Shown piece after piece: positions 11,546 through 24,252 of a stretch of 64,000 bases of DNA (the stretch's first letter is position 1; every line of letters starts with the position of its first letter). Under the pieces are notes generated by a model. It saw only the letters and a program-made list of their open reading frames with translations, had not been told where the DNA came from and ran no database searches. Both the position numbers and the translations under genes were made by a program. Origin of the DNA: Podarcis erhardii (Eukaryota); assembly GCA_964252035.1 (NCBI GenBank), contig OZ176200.1; one strand, 5' to 3'.

Positions 11546-13783
11546 CAACCAAGACCAAGCAACTTAAACACAACCCCCTCCAAAGCTTGAAGTTCCTTCT
11601 TCCATAGCAGCAAACAAGAAAATGAGAGAGTTGCTATAAGATCTCACTCGTGTTCCAAAAGATGCAACCAAGGGCAAGGCACCTAAAGAAGGCAGCTTGC
11701 CATAGACAAGATCCCATAGCAGAGAACATACTGTAGGGCTCTGGCCACAATGCATTAATTTGTGATGCAGCCACACATGGGACTCATTATGGGTAGGGCT
11801 GCCATTCTATTACTGGCCCAGCTAACATGACTTTATATTTCAGTGTCATACACGGAAATAGTAGACACAGTGTTGTGGAAATAAGTGACGGGAAGACCTT
11901 CACCTGTAGAATTTCTATGTTTGTGTTAAGGCTTAAGAATTGTGATCATTTCATAATAAAAGTGATCTGCAGAAAATGACCAACTAAATATTCAGAGCCC
12001 CTTATGTGTGGCGCTCCTGTTGCTGCCTAAAATCGAACCCTGCTATTCACACTGTGCAAAAAGTTATTGAAGATATTTCTGAGTACCCCTTCCCCTCTGC
12101 CCACCATGCTAATTAGCACTTAATTTGGTTCTGACATCAAATGGTTAACTCCGAGCTACAACAGCAAAAGCTGATGTTTCTGCCCCACCCTGTTGATGAT
12201 GTATTAGGTTTACAGAGAAAGAAGGAAATGGCTTTTCTAGGGATTGGCTTGAAGAAAAGCATCAGGCTGACAGCTGTTGAATGCGGACGGATCTTGGCAA
12301 GGGCAACTTCTACAAGCAAGGCAAATACTCTGCATTTATTTTCTTTTGATGTACTGCACTATTATATTTATTTTCAGTGAAATGCATTGCGTTGTAAATC
12401 TGCATGAGATGTATCTTAATAAGTTGACTCCTAAAAAGACCTAAAAAATAAGGGTAGGTGCTGATATTGTGTTCTGGAGTGTACATTGTGATAAACTGTT
12501 AATAGTAATGAGTGGTGGATTTTAATTTAATAGTAATGAGTGGTGGATAATTTTTTAATTGTGTTTCAGGAGCAACAGAACAAATAATGGCAACTAATTT
12601 TTAAAGGGTTCAGCAGTACGTAAGGCTTTTAAAAAATAAAACCACATTGAACTTAAGGGGTGGGGGGGGAAAGCATTTTAAGGCAGAATGCCTGTACATA
12701 GAAATGCTGAATATTTCTGTGCAGTATTATTTTTAAAATCAGATTTATCAATGTGTTTGCACCCCCCCCCCTTGGAAAGGGTGACTGTTTTGATGTTGGC
12801 AAAGCATGAGATTGAAGTGTGATGAAACAAGAGTTTTCAGCAAGTGATACTTATTAAGAAGAAAATGCAATCAAAGGGTTTAACAGGACAGCACACCTTT
12901 CACAATTCATTGTCAATTAGAACTGAAAACACTGCAATAGTGCTGCGAAGTTAACCAATCAAATTCTGTCTGATGACCATAAAGGCCAGGTTCCTGACTA
13001 GTGGTTAGGCATGTGTGGGCACAGATGGAGTTCTAAGAGCATCTGTGCACTGAAATGCCTTGAGGGCTTGTCTTTCTTAAGCATCCCTGATTGCAAAATG
13101 AGAGCCATTCTGTTGAGGTACTGTCCTCCTCAGACTTTTTATAGGCTCCATCTTTTAACTTTTGTATGCTTTTGGCTGGAAAAGTGGGGTTCGTGAGCCA
13201 AACTTAGACCCATGACAAGGCTATCAATGCCAACAAAAGTCCTCATCACTTGCCTGGCAGTGCGCATGCATGACAAGTTAGCAAAGCATGTGGAAGCCCG
13301 GGAGCTGAATGTAGGATATTAGGTATTGTAGCAATATCTGTATTTGTGGGGTTTTGTGGGAGGGGGGAGGGTGTTGTAAAACATAATGCTGCGCAGCATA
13401 GATAACCATTTTTGTACTATTTTCGGCGAGCATCATTAACGTTGAACCTTCCTATCACACATATTAAAATAACGCATGCATCTTTGTTTGTTCCTGCTGG
13501 AAACTGGTAGGAAGAAGCCAAGGAAGATACCACAAATAAACAGGAGATATAACTCTTCGGTGGTGGGTCAGCAGCTAATGGACTAATTGGTGGCAGCACT
13601 ATTAAGTGTTGTAGTGATGGGACTCAATTTGATGGCAATTTCAGTGGCTGAAGGCAACCATTGGGGCTAAGGTGAGACTGCATGTGGCCTGGAGATTGAC
13701 CACTTCTGTCCTAGGGGTTATGTGAGAATGGAAGTGGACTTCTGTGCGAGTTTGCTTAGGTAGGCAGAGTCCTGCATGTGTAA

Positions 13784-14131
13784 GGTAAAGGGACCCCTGA
13801 CCATTAGGTCCAGTCGTGGCCGACTCTGGGGTTGTGGCACTCATCTTGCTTTATTGGCCGAAGGAGCCGGCATACAGCTTCCGGCTCATGTGGCCAGCAT
13901 GACTAAGCCACTTCTGGCAAACCAGAGCAGCGCACGGAAATGCCGTATACTTTCCTGCCAGAGCGGTACCTATTTATCTACTTGCACTTTGACGTGCTTT
14001 TGAACTGCTAGGTTGACAGGAGCAGGGACCGAGCAATGGGAGCTCACCCCATCGTGGGGATTCGAACCGCTGATCTTCTGATTGGCAAGCCCTAGGCTCT
14101 GTGGTTTAACCCACAGCGCCACCCGCGTCCC
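13784..14131 (-). mobile_element. Sauria SINE, full length, young
   Basis: Perfect 13-bp TSD cctgcatgtgtaa (13771-13783, 14135-14147). Confidence 0.93.
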
Positions 14132-15278
14132 ACGCCTGCATGTGTAAAGAGCTGTAAACTTGCTGATTGGTTGTTGGGCAAGGATTCAGTCTGCCCTCAG
14201 CTTTCTCCTCACATTTCAGCTTCTAACAAAAGGGCTAGGAGCACAGGGCTGCAGGGACTTTATATGGACTAGAGCCAAAACAATTCAAACGTTGCTACAG
14301 ATTATGTACAGGGATGCCTTTAACTAACCATATGTGGATAATTACAATGGCAGAAAAACAACCTCCATTCTCAGAATTATTCCCACCATAATCCTAGGCC
14401 CTGCAAGGTTTTACAATCTACTTTTTAGTTGTGGTTTAGAAATTGGTCACCCAATAGCATACAAAAGCTGAAATATTTTGACCAAATTTTGCATAAACTA
14501 TTACTTGTGTGTCAAGCCTTTATCTCTGTAACTGTTCGTAAAGGTTTTGTAAATCTGGCCTCTCCCAACAAAACAAAACATTAAGACAAATGAATATTGC
14601 ATATCTGATATCTCCACCGATAATGGCTCTGGCATCTTTTTTCTTGAAATTAATTTCATCAAACTATTGGCTGAGCTGCTACGGTGTTAATGGCATTATT
14701 GTGAGCGTTTTGATTGCTTGGGTGTTGTTGTTTATTAAGATGTACCACACAAGGCCCAGGGCGGGCAGGGTTGTTAGTGGGAAGAGGTGGAAAGAAGGGA
14801 AAAGGTGGTGTGATCAGAACTGTATCAAGCCTTGAGACTGACAGCACAACCCTACATATGCCTGCTTAGAATCGAATCCCATGAGTTCCTTAGGACACGC
14901 TCCCAGGATTGCAACCTTAGTGTAGGCAGGGTTTGTGTTGTGAGTATGAGGGCTGCAGGTGTCAGTGTGTACAGAAAGGTGGTTCCCTGTGGCAGTATAT
15001 TGTAGACTTGAAGCTGCTCATCAAAATGCCATCTAGTATTATTTTCCTATTTAATCCAGATTTACCAATTCTACATAAAACCCAGTAAAGAAGACAACGA
15101 CTGCAAACAATAGAAACAGTAATTCTATGTTAGATGGGTGTGTGTGTGTGTGCATGTGTGTAATATGAGATAACATTCTAATGTGGGACAATGTGTGGAT
15201 GCTGCAAAAAACTTGCCTGTATGAGCAGCACAGAGTCCTCAATAAGGAACCATGTGGAAGTGCCGTAAATAAGTAGAA

Positions 15279-15924
15279 GTGTGGACTCCCTGGTCTTGAA
15301 TGGGGTAACTGTGCCCCTGAATGATCAGGTGTGCAGCCTGGGAGTCATTTTGGACTCAGAGCTGTCCATGGGGGCACAGGTCAATTCTGTGTCCAGGGCA
15401 GCTGTCTACCAGCTCTGCCCTGTCTGCCTGCAGACTGTCTTGCCAGAGTGGGGCATGACCTGGTTATCTCCCACTTGGACTACTGCAATGTGCTCTGCGT
15501 GGGGCTACCTTTGAAAGTGACTCGAAAACTACAACAAATCCAGAATGCGGCAGCTAGACCGGTGACTGGGAGTGGCCGTTGGGACCATATAACACTGGTC
15601 CCAAAGGATCTTCACTGGCTCCCAGTGTGTTTCCGATCACAATTCAAAGTGTTGGTGCTGACCTTTAAAGCCCTAAACGGCCTCAGCCCAGTATACCTGA
15701 AGGAGCGTCGCCTCCCACATTGTTCAGCCCAGACACTGGGGTCCAGCTCCAAGGGTCTTCTGCTGGTTTCCTCACTGCGATAAGTGAAGTTACAGGGAAC
15801 CAGGCAGAGGGCCTTATCGGTAGTGGTTTGATGTTTTATTATGTTTTGATATATGCTGTAAACCGCCCAGAGTGGCTGGGGAAACCCAGCCAGATGGGCG
15901 GTGTATAAATAATAAAATTATTAG
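15279..15924 (+). mobile_element. L2 LINE 3' fragment (disrupted RT C-terminus plus 3' UTR)
   Basis: Translates to DSLVLNGVTVPLNDQVCSLGVILDS… and ISHLDYCN…HWLPV, homologous to the 46371..48002 ORF; frameshifts and an internal deletion near 15830; AAT-rich tail. Confidence 0.92.
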
Positions 15925-17291
15925 GAAGCTATGGATTTGAAGTGTTACAATATGTGGATCAGGTTCATTCAAAACAGGTGGCTAGGCAAATACATCATCA
16001 AGCCTGTATTAAAATATAAGGGTAAACTGGTCAAGAAAAATTTGGGAACTCAATTGATAAAGTTTTCTATCACCTCCAGTTACATTATTTACCTGCTACA
16101 TTTGCTCTCATTCATCGTAGTGTACAAATTCACAAATACGGAGTTGTCATTCTGCCTCCTTGCCTGGATTCAAGGGTCAAGTTTCATGTTGGTTTTTAGG
16201 TGACCACTAAGGATTTTATTTCTTACTTCTAATGCATTACAGATGTGGCAAGGAACTGGAGCAAGATTTGCCCTTGCCTTTAGGCAGGCTAAAAGTGTGC
16301 TGTGCCTTGTTGACCCTTACAGAAAGGAATAAACAGTTTTCAGTACACATGTCTGTATTCAGTGTACCACTTACAGATTAGAATCAGGCTTGTCCATTTT
16401 TAGATTCTTCCAGAAATCCTACTTATGGAAATCATTGGTGAAATGAAGACAAGCATAGTGACTAATTCAGTTCATCGTGTCAAGCTTAACAAAATTTTAG
16501 TGTGATGTTGCCTTCTGAATGGGCAAACCATTGTTTGCAATTGACCAAGCAAGCCAGTGCTACAAACAATGTGTTGAAGCAAACCATGATGTCTGAGTTG
16601 ACAAACCATAGTTACAGCTGTTATTCAGCCTTTAGAAGCCACTGCAGCTGAAGATGAATGCTGAGCAGGCAGTAAATGTAATACACAGCCTGTTTTGCCT
16701 GTTTTGGAAGGTCAAACCAAGGTTTGGGGTTAGTACAAACACTGGATTCATATGTTGTCTGAACTGAGCCCGCAACATTCATCTTATCTGTGATCTTGAA
16801 CAAAGAGAAATAAACCGTTCTGAGTGAAGCATAATAAAAATGGCAAAGGAGCTGCAAAATGGGACATTGGTATCCATATATAGAGAAATCCAACTGGATT
16901 TTTCAATCTCAAGTCTAAAACCTGTCCATCAGTACTGTGAGGTTTATGCTGAGTTTTCATGGCTGTCACATACTATCCAGCAGAGTTTTCCTTCAATTTA
17001 GCTATGGCATCAAATTCATAGTGACAGCTATGAAGCAAACCTGGTCTGTGGTTGCAATAGTCATCAGGTTTTAGCTAGAGAAAAATTCAAGAAATGGGAC
17101 AGCTCTGGACCTCTAAAGAGCCAGAGCTTTCTGGGCAGAAGTGTGGCCACACTGTCTACAGATGGTCAATGGCAGGATGCTAGGGACTTGTGGTTCTCCT
17201 GAGCATGGGTAATGGGAGTTGTAGTCTGGTCTATGGATTAGGTGAGAGAACAGCTGGAGTTGGTGCTATGCAAGAGGTGCATTGCTTTGGG

Positions 17292-17483
17292 TTTACTTAT
17301 TTATTGCATTTCTAGCCTACCCTCTCCTCCAAGGAGCTCAAGGTGGCACACATGGTTCTCCCTCTCTGCATTTAGTCCTCAAAACAACAACCCTGACATA
17401 GGCTAGGCTAAGGGGTAGTGGCTGGCCCAAGGTCATCCAGTGAGCTTCATGGCCAAGTGGGGATTTGAACCCGGTCTCCGAGG
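17292..17483 (-). mobile_element. MIR/CORE-like tRNA SINE
   Basis: …aacaaccctgacataggctaggctaag…cccaaggtcatccagtgagcttcatggccaagtggggatttgaacccggtctcc (reverse box B). Confidence 0.7.
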
Positions 17484-17639
17484 CAAAGAAAATGGAGATG
17501 GGCAAAGGAATGGTTGCAGCACTCCATGTATAACAGGGGTGACACATTGTAGGGGCTTTTCAGAACTGGTACAGTTCAAGACAAATTGACAGGATGAAGG
17601 TGGGATGGAAAGCAGAAGACACTGGTGTGACACCTGGGG

Positions 17640-17843
17640 ACTGGACTGGCAAATCTCTCAATGTCAGTGTCTCCCTCTTTCTTATTTTTTCAATCTTTAG
17701 TTCTCCAAATTTCCACATCAACATTTTAGTTTGCACTTCTAATACACACATCTCTGTGCAGTTTTGATAAATATAGTAATTTTTGAAAAGCAATTTCCCT
17801 GATTTTTGTACGGTATTTCCACTAATGTATGAATTTATATAAC
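17640..17843. mobile_element. AT-rich interspersed repeat fragment, related to 33200..33652
   Basis: Shares the ttagttctccaaatttcc / ttcagttctccccatttcc motif and T-rich tgcattttt-like periodicity with the 33.2-33.65 kb copy. Confidence 0.45.
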
Positions 17844-17844
17844 A

Positions 17845-17903
17845 GAATCATAAAATTGTAGAGTTGGAAGGGACCCTGAGGATCATCTAGTCCAACCCCC
17901 TGT
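17845..17903 (-). mobile_element. CR1 3' terminal fragment
   Basis: gaatcataaaattgtagagttggaagggaccctgaggatcatctagtccaacccc. Confidence 0.8.
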
Positions 17904-17961
17904 GGTATTTGCTTTCACAGCATCGTCCTTGCCCCTAATTGAGTATTGCTATTAAAGTCCT

Positions 17962-18438
17962 CATCACCTTGCCAACAAAGGTCCATATAGTTAAAGCTAT
18001 GGTTTTCCCAGTTGTGATGTATGGAAGTGAGAGCTGGACCATAAAGAAGGCTGATTGCCAAAGAATTTATGCTTTTGAATTATGGTGCTGGAGGAGACTC
18101 TAGAGAGTCCCATGGACTGCAAGAAGATCAAACCTCTCCATTCTTAAGGAAATCAGCCCTGAGTGCTCACTGGAAGGACAGATCCTGAAGCTGAGACTCC
18201 AATACTTTGGCCACCTCATGTGAAGAGAAGACTCCCTGGAAAAGACCCTGATGTTGGGAAAGATGGAGGGCAGAAGGAGAAGGGGACGACGGAGGACGAG
18301 ATGGCTGGACAGTGTTCTCGAAGCTATGAACATGAGTCTGACCAAACTGTGGGAGGCAGTGGAAGACAGGAGTGCCTGGCGTGCTCTCGTCCATGGGGTC
18401 ACAAAGAGTCGGACACGACTAAACGATTAAACAACAAC
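17962..18438 (+). mobile_element. BovB (RTE) LINE 3' fragment
   Basis: aaggtccatatagttaaagctatggttttcccagt…gaattatggtgctggagg…gagtcggacacgact with a caacaac tail; perfect 11-bp TSD attaaagtcct (17951-17961, 18439-18449). Confidence 0.93.
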
Positions 18439-18614
18439 ATTAAAGTCCTTCAGCAGGATTTCTTGCTGTATCTCATTGTGTTGCCTGGTGCATTTGCAAG
18501 ACCAGCTGGTAATGGGAATAATGCATTTGCTGGCTATCCAGCCAAAGTTTCCTACTATCCCCCAGTTGTGTGAGAAGAACGTAGCTCTTCTCCTGCATCT
18601 CCACTGAGCTACAG

Positions 18615-18690
18615 ACCTTACAGGAAAGGAGATTGCAACTTATCATAATGAAGAACTTTCTGACAGTAAGAGCTGTTGAGCAGTGGAATA
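18615..18690 (+). mobile_element. Short CR1 3' UTR fragment
   Basis: ttacaggaaaggagattgcaactt…gaagaactttctgacagtaagagctgttgagcagtggaa, matching 6096-6162. Confidence 0.75.
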
Positions 18691-18692
18691 TA

Positions 18693-18930
18693 CCGTATTT
18701 TTCGCCCTATAGGACGCACTTTTTCCCCTCCAAAAATGAAGGGGAAATGTGTGTGCGTCCTATGGGGCGAATGCAGGCTTTCGCTGAAGCCTGGAGAGCG
18801 AAGGGGGTCAGTGCGCACCGACCCCTCTCGCTCTCCAGGCTTCAGGAAGCTATCCGCTAGCCGTGGGAGAGCTTGCCTGCACCCAGAAGCTTGGGGCGCG
18901 CTGAGCTCCGCACGCCCCAAGCTTCGGGAT
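18693..18930 (+). mobile_element. pogo/Tigger-like non-autonomous element, left part, with GC-rich hairpins
   Basis: TA + ccgtatttttcgccctataggacgcac TIR; internal palindromes at 18786-18843 and 18886-18925; no right TIR found. Confidence 0.65.
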
Positions 18931-20250
18931 TAGCGCTCTGGTGTATTTTCAGCAGGGCTTTCTCTCTCTTTTTAAAATAAGCTGAAATTAAAAATGAGAA
19001 ACCAAAATGAACATCCATTGCTAATAACTACAGGCACTGTCTGTTGATTGATCCCTTAACCCAGCTAGGAGCTATATACTTTTAGAAGCCAGTATTTATC
19101 CTCAATGGATGGATATATATGTGTGCTGTATGCACAGTCCACTTTGTGTAGCCCTTTAAAGAAAGCTAAAATTTCACATATCAGCTGCTCCAGAGGAACA
19201 CCAGTGAGCTGGATTAGCTTCCCTTGGGCCCTTTTCCCACCAAACAGCTGATTGTTAAGATTTTAGCTTTTGCATTCTCTGCTGGATCAGACCTTTGGTT
19301 TTCACCTAAGAGATTGTGTCAGGAGTGATTCAGAGCACTGGATGGACCGATATTCTTCAATCCCCCAACTACTCTATGGTTTGGCTTCCAGGCTCTCACA
19401 GCCTTCAGGTGTTAATATTTCTAAACACCCTTTCACATGAAATATATTATTGACAGCAATGGTAACTTCCAAGCACATGCTAACTTTTTCTTAGAACTTT
19501 TCTTTTCTTTTTTGAAACAAGGGTCTCTCGTCTTTGATGGAGAAAAAGCTAACCTAGTTAATTTTTAAAGCAACTGATTATTCCGGCCTTCAGAAATTTG
19601 CTTTGTTCTTTCAAGTAAGACTTGTCGGTAGAATAAAGCAGTATGCTAAATATCAGGGTGCATGTTGGGGGAGGAAGAGAGACACATTCCACCCAAAACC
19701 TTTTTTTTTTTTACAACAAATTCGAGGGTATGTAAAAATGCATTTTGCTTGCTGCTCCAAAAGAACGATATTTAGTTTTATCTGTCACTTTTGTATTTCA
19801 CCCTGTAAGATTCTCCAAGCTGCCTGGAAAATGCAAACAATAGTTTTGTTAAAACAGCTTCAGCATCAGCAAGCAGTTAGGAGTGAGGCCTACCAGTATC
19901 TTTCATGGCTGTCTGGCCGGGTCTAGGTTGTGTACAAAGAGAAGCCTCCTTCAAGCATCGCAGGGGGAGCAGCGCATCTGTAAACGCAACCTAGACTCAA
20001 GAATGCCACCGTGTCTGGGGGTGGCCAGCAGTGTGACCCTGCTATGTCTTCAATTCATGAATCATGTGGTTAAGTTTATAGGAACAAGAGTGGAGATAAG
20101 AAAATGAGCCAAGCTGAAAGTATGTAGTAGGTGACCAAAGAGAGAATTCTGGGGAATGCAGGAAAGATTGAGGTCCAAGGTTAAATCTATTACCATGGGG
20201 AGCATGTCCAAAAGTCAAGCACAAGGGGGCAGAGGCAACTCCTTTCAGAG

Positions 20251-20439
20251 GAGGGTTCATAGCTCCATGGCAGAGCACATGCTTTGCACACAAAAAGGTC
20301 ACAGTTTCAATCCCTGGCATCTCCCGATAGGGGTGGGAATGTCCCCTATCTGAAACCCAGGAGAGCTGCTGGCAGTCAATGTTGACAAGACTGAGCTAGC
20401 TGTGCTCTGACTCAGCATAAGGCAGCTGCTTATGTTCCT
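20251..20439 (+). mobile_element. tRNA-derived SINE (non-Sauria family)
   Basis: Box A-like tagctccatggcagagc, box B-like agtttcaatccctggc, tail gactcagcataaggcagctgcttatgttcct (a similar tail lies at about 2120-2152). Confidence 0.7.
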
Positions 20440-21135
20440 CTGTTTAGTCAGTCAAGGTCTAAGAGCTGTTCGGATATCATCTGTACCAGACACCTATGGA
20501 ACTGCTTCTATAATAATAATATTCCAGGTGTCTCTGTAGGAGTATGTCACTTGCCTCCTTCTGAACTGCTACGATCGGAGACTGTTAGGAGAGTAACAGC
20601 CTGAGTTTTCACACTAAAAGGATGTATTGAAATGTGCTCCTTCTCCAAAGTATAGCTGTGTGTGTGGCATGTGTGTGGGGTGTGTGTGGGGTGTGGGTGT
20701 GTAATTCTCAAGGTAGCAGTGCCTCCGGGATTGAGGGGAGCCTTGGGTAAGGTGCCATCCAATCAGCCTTCCTTCCTCTTACAATGGTAGGCTTTTAGGG
20801 TTTGTAGTAGGCCATAGGGGGCAAGCCTTGTGGCTCTGGTCACCCAAGATAGCAGCCATCCCCACCCAGAGCCATCTTTCCCATTGGTCCTAGTGGTTTG
20901 TTGCGCCAGGGCGCCGGCCTCTCAGGCGTGCCCTAGTGCTTGGGGGGCTGTGTGGCTTTGCCAGCAGCCTTCCCTTTCCCTGCATGCCCGCCAGCTGTGC
21001 CCTGCCAACTATATGGCTGGCGGGCATGCAGCTTCCTTCCCTTCTCCTCCACAGGAGGAGAGCGATCCCCACAGAGGCTTAGGATGGCTTCCATCCCAAG
21101 CCTCTGCATCTGCTATAGACAGCCCTGCTCCCTGT

Positions 21136-21210
21136 CATAGAATCATAGAATCATAGAGTTGGAAGAGACCACAAGGGCCATCGAGTCCAACCCCCTGCCA
21201 AGCAGGAAAC
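21136..21210 (-). mobile_element. CR1 3' terminal fragment
   Basis: (catagaat)2 catagagttggaagagaccacaagggccatcgagtccaacccc. Confidence 0.85.
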
Positions 21211-24009
21211 AGTCGTTGTCCTCCTCCTACTTCCTGGCAAAAGGCAGTGAGCAGCCTTCCCGGGCTGCCTTCTCGGGTGCCCCAACACCAGAGAACGTGT
21301 CCGCCAGCACGTTTTCCTGCTTGATCGCTGCCACCACGCTGGGCATCAGGGCGGTGGGGGAGTCAGAGGACATTTTCCACTGCCCCTCCCTTGTTTTGGG
21401 GTTGCCGGGGGGGGGGCGCTGGAGGGATCTTTGCACCACAGCACTGGATATGCTTAAGACGGCCCTATCCCCACCCGCCCCATATATTAAGTAAACCTTT
21501 GCGAGAGTGTGTATGCGTCTGGGGTGGGGGTTGGCTGGTAGCACAAAAATGCTTGGCTTTTGTGCTGGCAGCTATTTTTATCCCTTCACATTGCACTGGA
21601 AGTGGATCGATCTTCCAGGCATTGTTGAAAATCAACATGGTGGCTGCTGGAAACCAATGAGAGAGATTTAAAGAAGTCAGTTGTCAGCAGTGGCTCTTGG
21701 ACCCTAGCCTGTCAGGTACGGACACAGGATCTGCTTATAACATCATGAATTAATTCACCAATCAGGTTCCTCTGTACGTTCACCTTTTTTCATGATAGAA
21801 AACCTGAGCTCTAACTAACTGGTGAGTGGGGGAAATAGCATCAGTTACAGTTCTAACAGGCGCAGGAGATCTGCAAGGGGGGCAAGTAGGCTATAAAAAG
21901 GGAAAGGAAAGTGGAACAATTGCAGATGAGAATAGCCAACGAGAGATGTAGCTAGCACTAACATACCCAAATTGCAACAGTACCTCCAGATGACACCCAC
22001 CCCACCAGCACAATGTGCAACACACCCACCCCATTTTGGTTAACATCTCACCAAAAGGGCCATAAAAAAGGATGAGCTACAGCTGAAGGGAAGAGAGGGA
22101 GGAATAACAGGTCTGAGGTAAGAGGACACCTGAGGCAGAAATGTCCCAAAGAGACACACACGAGGAAGCAGGGGTCAAAGGGAAAGGAGGGAGAATGTCA
22201 GCTGGAAATAAAATTAGGGCTGGTTCACCCACTCAGCTACAGGCCCTGTTTATGACCACATTTCCAAATATACTTCCACCATCTTGTGGGCATTGGGCTA
22301 GCTATGAATATAAAGACAAATACAAATGAAACACATTCTAAATGGGGTTTTCTGTAGACTGCAGATCCTTATTTCCCCTGTAGTTCTGTTTTCCACAAAA
22401 CAACAAAGGGCAACGCTCTATAACAGGCAGAGAATCTTTCCTTAAGGAACGCTTCTAATGTATTCCAAGGTGGATTACGACACAGAGCTAAACTGATTGT
22501 AGCATGTATGTATTGGTTTATCCTCCTTAGCCTGGCATTTAGCATGATTATCCTAAAAGGGATGTATTTGGGGGAGGGGGGAATCTACAAATCACTGAGT
22601 TCTTTAGTTTGAGATTATGACACTGGCAGATCTTACACATCAGCACAAAATGAGCAACATCCAACAGTGCTGCTTCACTAGCAGAACAGACTTCCACTTG
22701 TGCAACAGGACTTCCCTTCCCTTCCTCTCCCCTTTAGCGCCCATGTACCCCCAAAATAGGCTATGTAGGGCTGTGAAGGCCCTCCAGAGTAGATTTGGGA
22801 GTACAGGTTGTTGCAGGAGGATGGAGAGGCCATTCGCAGGTGTGGATGTCTGTTCTTGTGACATTGGATTTCATCCAGTATGAACTTCTTCCACATTGGT
22901 AACCAGCAGTTTGGGGATCTTCCTGGCTGGCCACTTTGCTTGACAGGCTTTCCCATTGGCCAGTTTTTTTAAAAAAATTGGACCAATCTAGCTAAGCCAG
23001 GTGGACGTGCTTTGTGAGTGGACCAGAGTGGAGCAGGCTTCACTCTGGTCCACCCCAAAAGAGATTTTAACCAGTGAAGTAATTTTTCGCTTAAATCCGA
23101 AATACTGTATGTAATAGTTCTGCTGTCTCCCACAATGCATTTCTATGTACTAGGGCACCCAGGCTAACATGAGAAGTGTGCTGGTCGGACCCTGATTTAT
23201 CTGCAACAGCCTTCTCTTTAGTAAAATATCTTTGCAATGCTTTCTGACTATTAAATCAGGCAATGAAAACATTTATTACTTATCCTTAAATAATCTCGTA
23301 GTGGAGAACAATAAAACTTCATTTTAAAACCACAACCCACTCATCAGAAAGAAAAGCAGATAATAATTAAATGTCAACCAATCATAAAACAACACAAAAC
23401 GTATCTAAGGACTCTGTGTTGTGTGCTCTCCCCATTTATGTGTGTTAATAACTATTAAACCCATAGTCCTATTTACAGGATTTTAGGGTGATCTGAGATA
23501 TGAAGAGCTTTTGTGTTAATGACCATACCACAGTCATGGCACCTTTGTGAGAATGTCAGCTTGCCAGGGCACAAGTTGATTTGATTTAGTCCATGCAGGT
23601 TAATCTGCAACCCCACCCCCACCTTATGATAAGTTGATGGAAACAATTGCAATTCTAAGAGTGGGAGAAATGCAAAAAGAGCTCTTTGAAAGTTCTTTTT
23701 AGGAGAGGGCAAGCAGGATATATGTATTTTTTTTCAATTATCTATAGACTGCTTGGTATTTTAAAAATCTCTCGGCTTAAAGGAGATAGTAAGTTAAATC
23801 TGAGTGCTTAGAGCAAGCGACAATATTTTGAGTGCTCGGTAAATTGACAAAAATGGTTTGGAAGCCAATTGTATAGCTTGAGTTTTAATTTTTTTAAAAA
23901 ATAATGTACATTACAGGCTGATTAAGTCTCGTTGTACTCAATGGTACCAAGAGTAGACATATGCAGGATTGCCCTGTTATGAAACTAGTGTTGTTCAGTA
24001 TTAGCAATA

Positions 24010-24252
24010 CAGTGGTACCTCGGGTTAAGTACTTAATGCGTTCCGGAGGTCTGTTCTTAACCTGAAACTGTTCCTTAACCTGAAGCACTACTTTAGCTGA
24101 TGGGGCCTCCTGCTGCTGCTGCGCCACTGGAGCACGATTTCTGTTCTCATCCTGAAGGAAAGTTCTTAACCCAAAGTACTATTTCTGGGTTAGCGGAGAC
24201 TGTAACCTGAAGTGTATGTAACCTGAAGCGTATGTAACCCGAGGTACCACTG
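24010..24252 (+). mobile_element. Tc1/mariner (Tigger-like) MITE, CAGTGGTACCTC family, copy 1
   Basis: TIRs cagtggtacctcgggtta / taacccgaggtaccactg; TA TSD; triplicated gtaacctgaag subterminal repeat. Confidence 0.9.
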
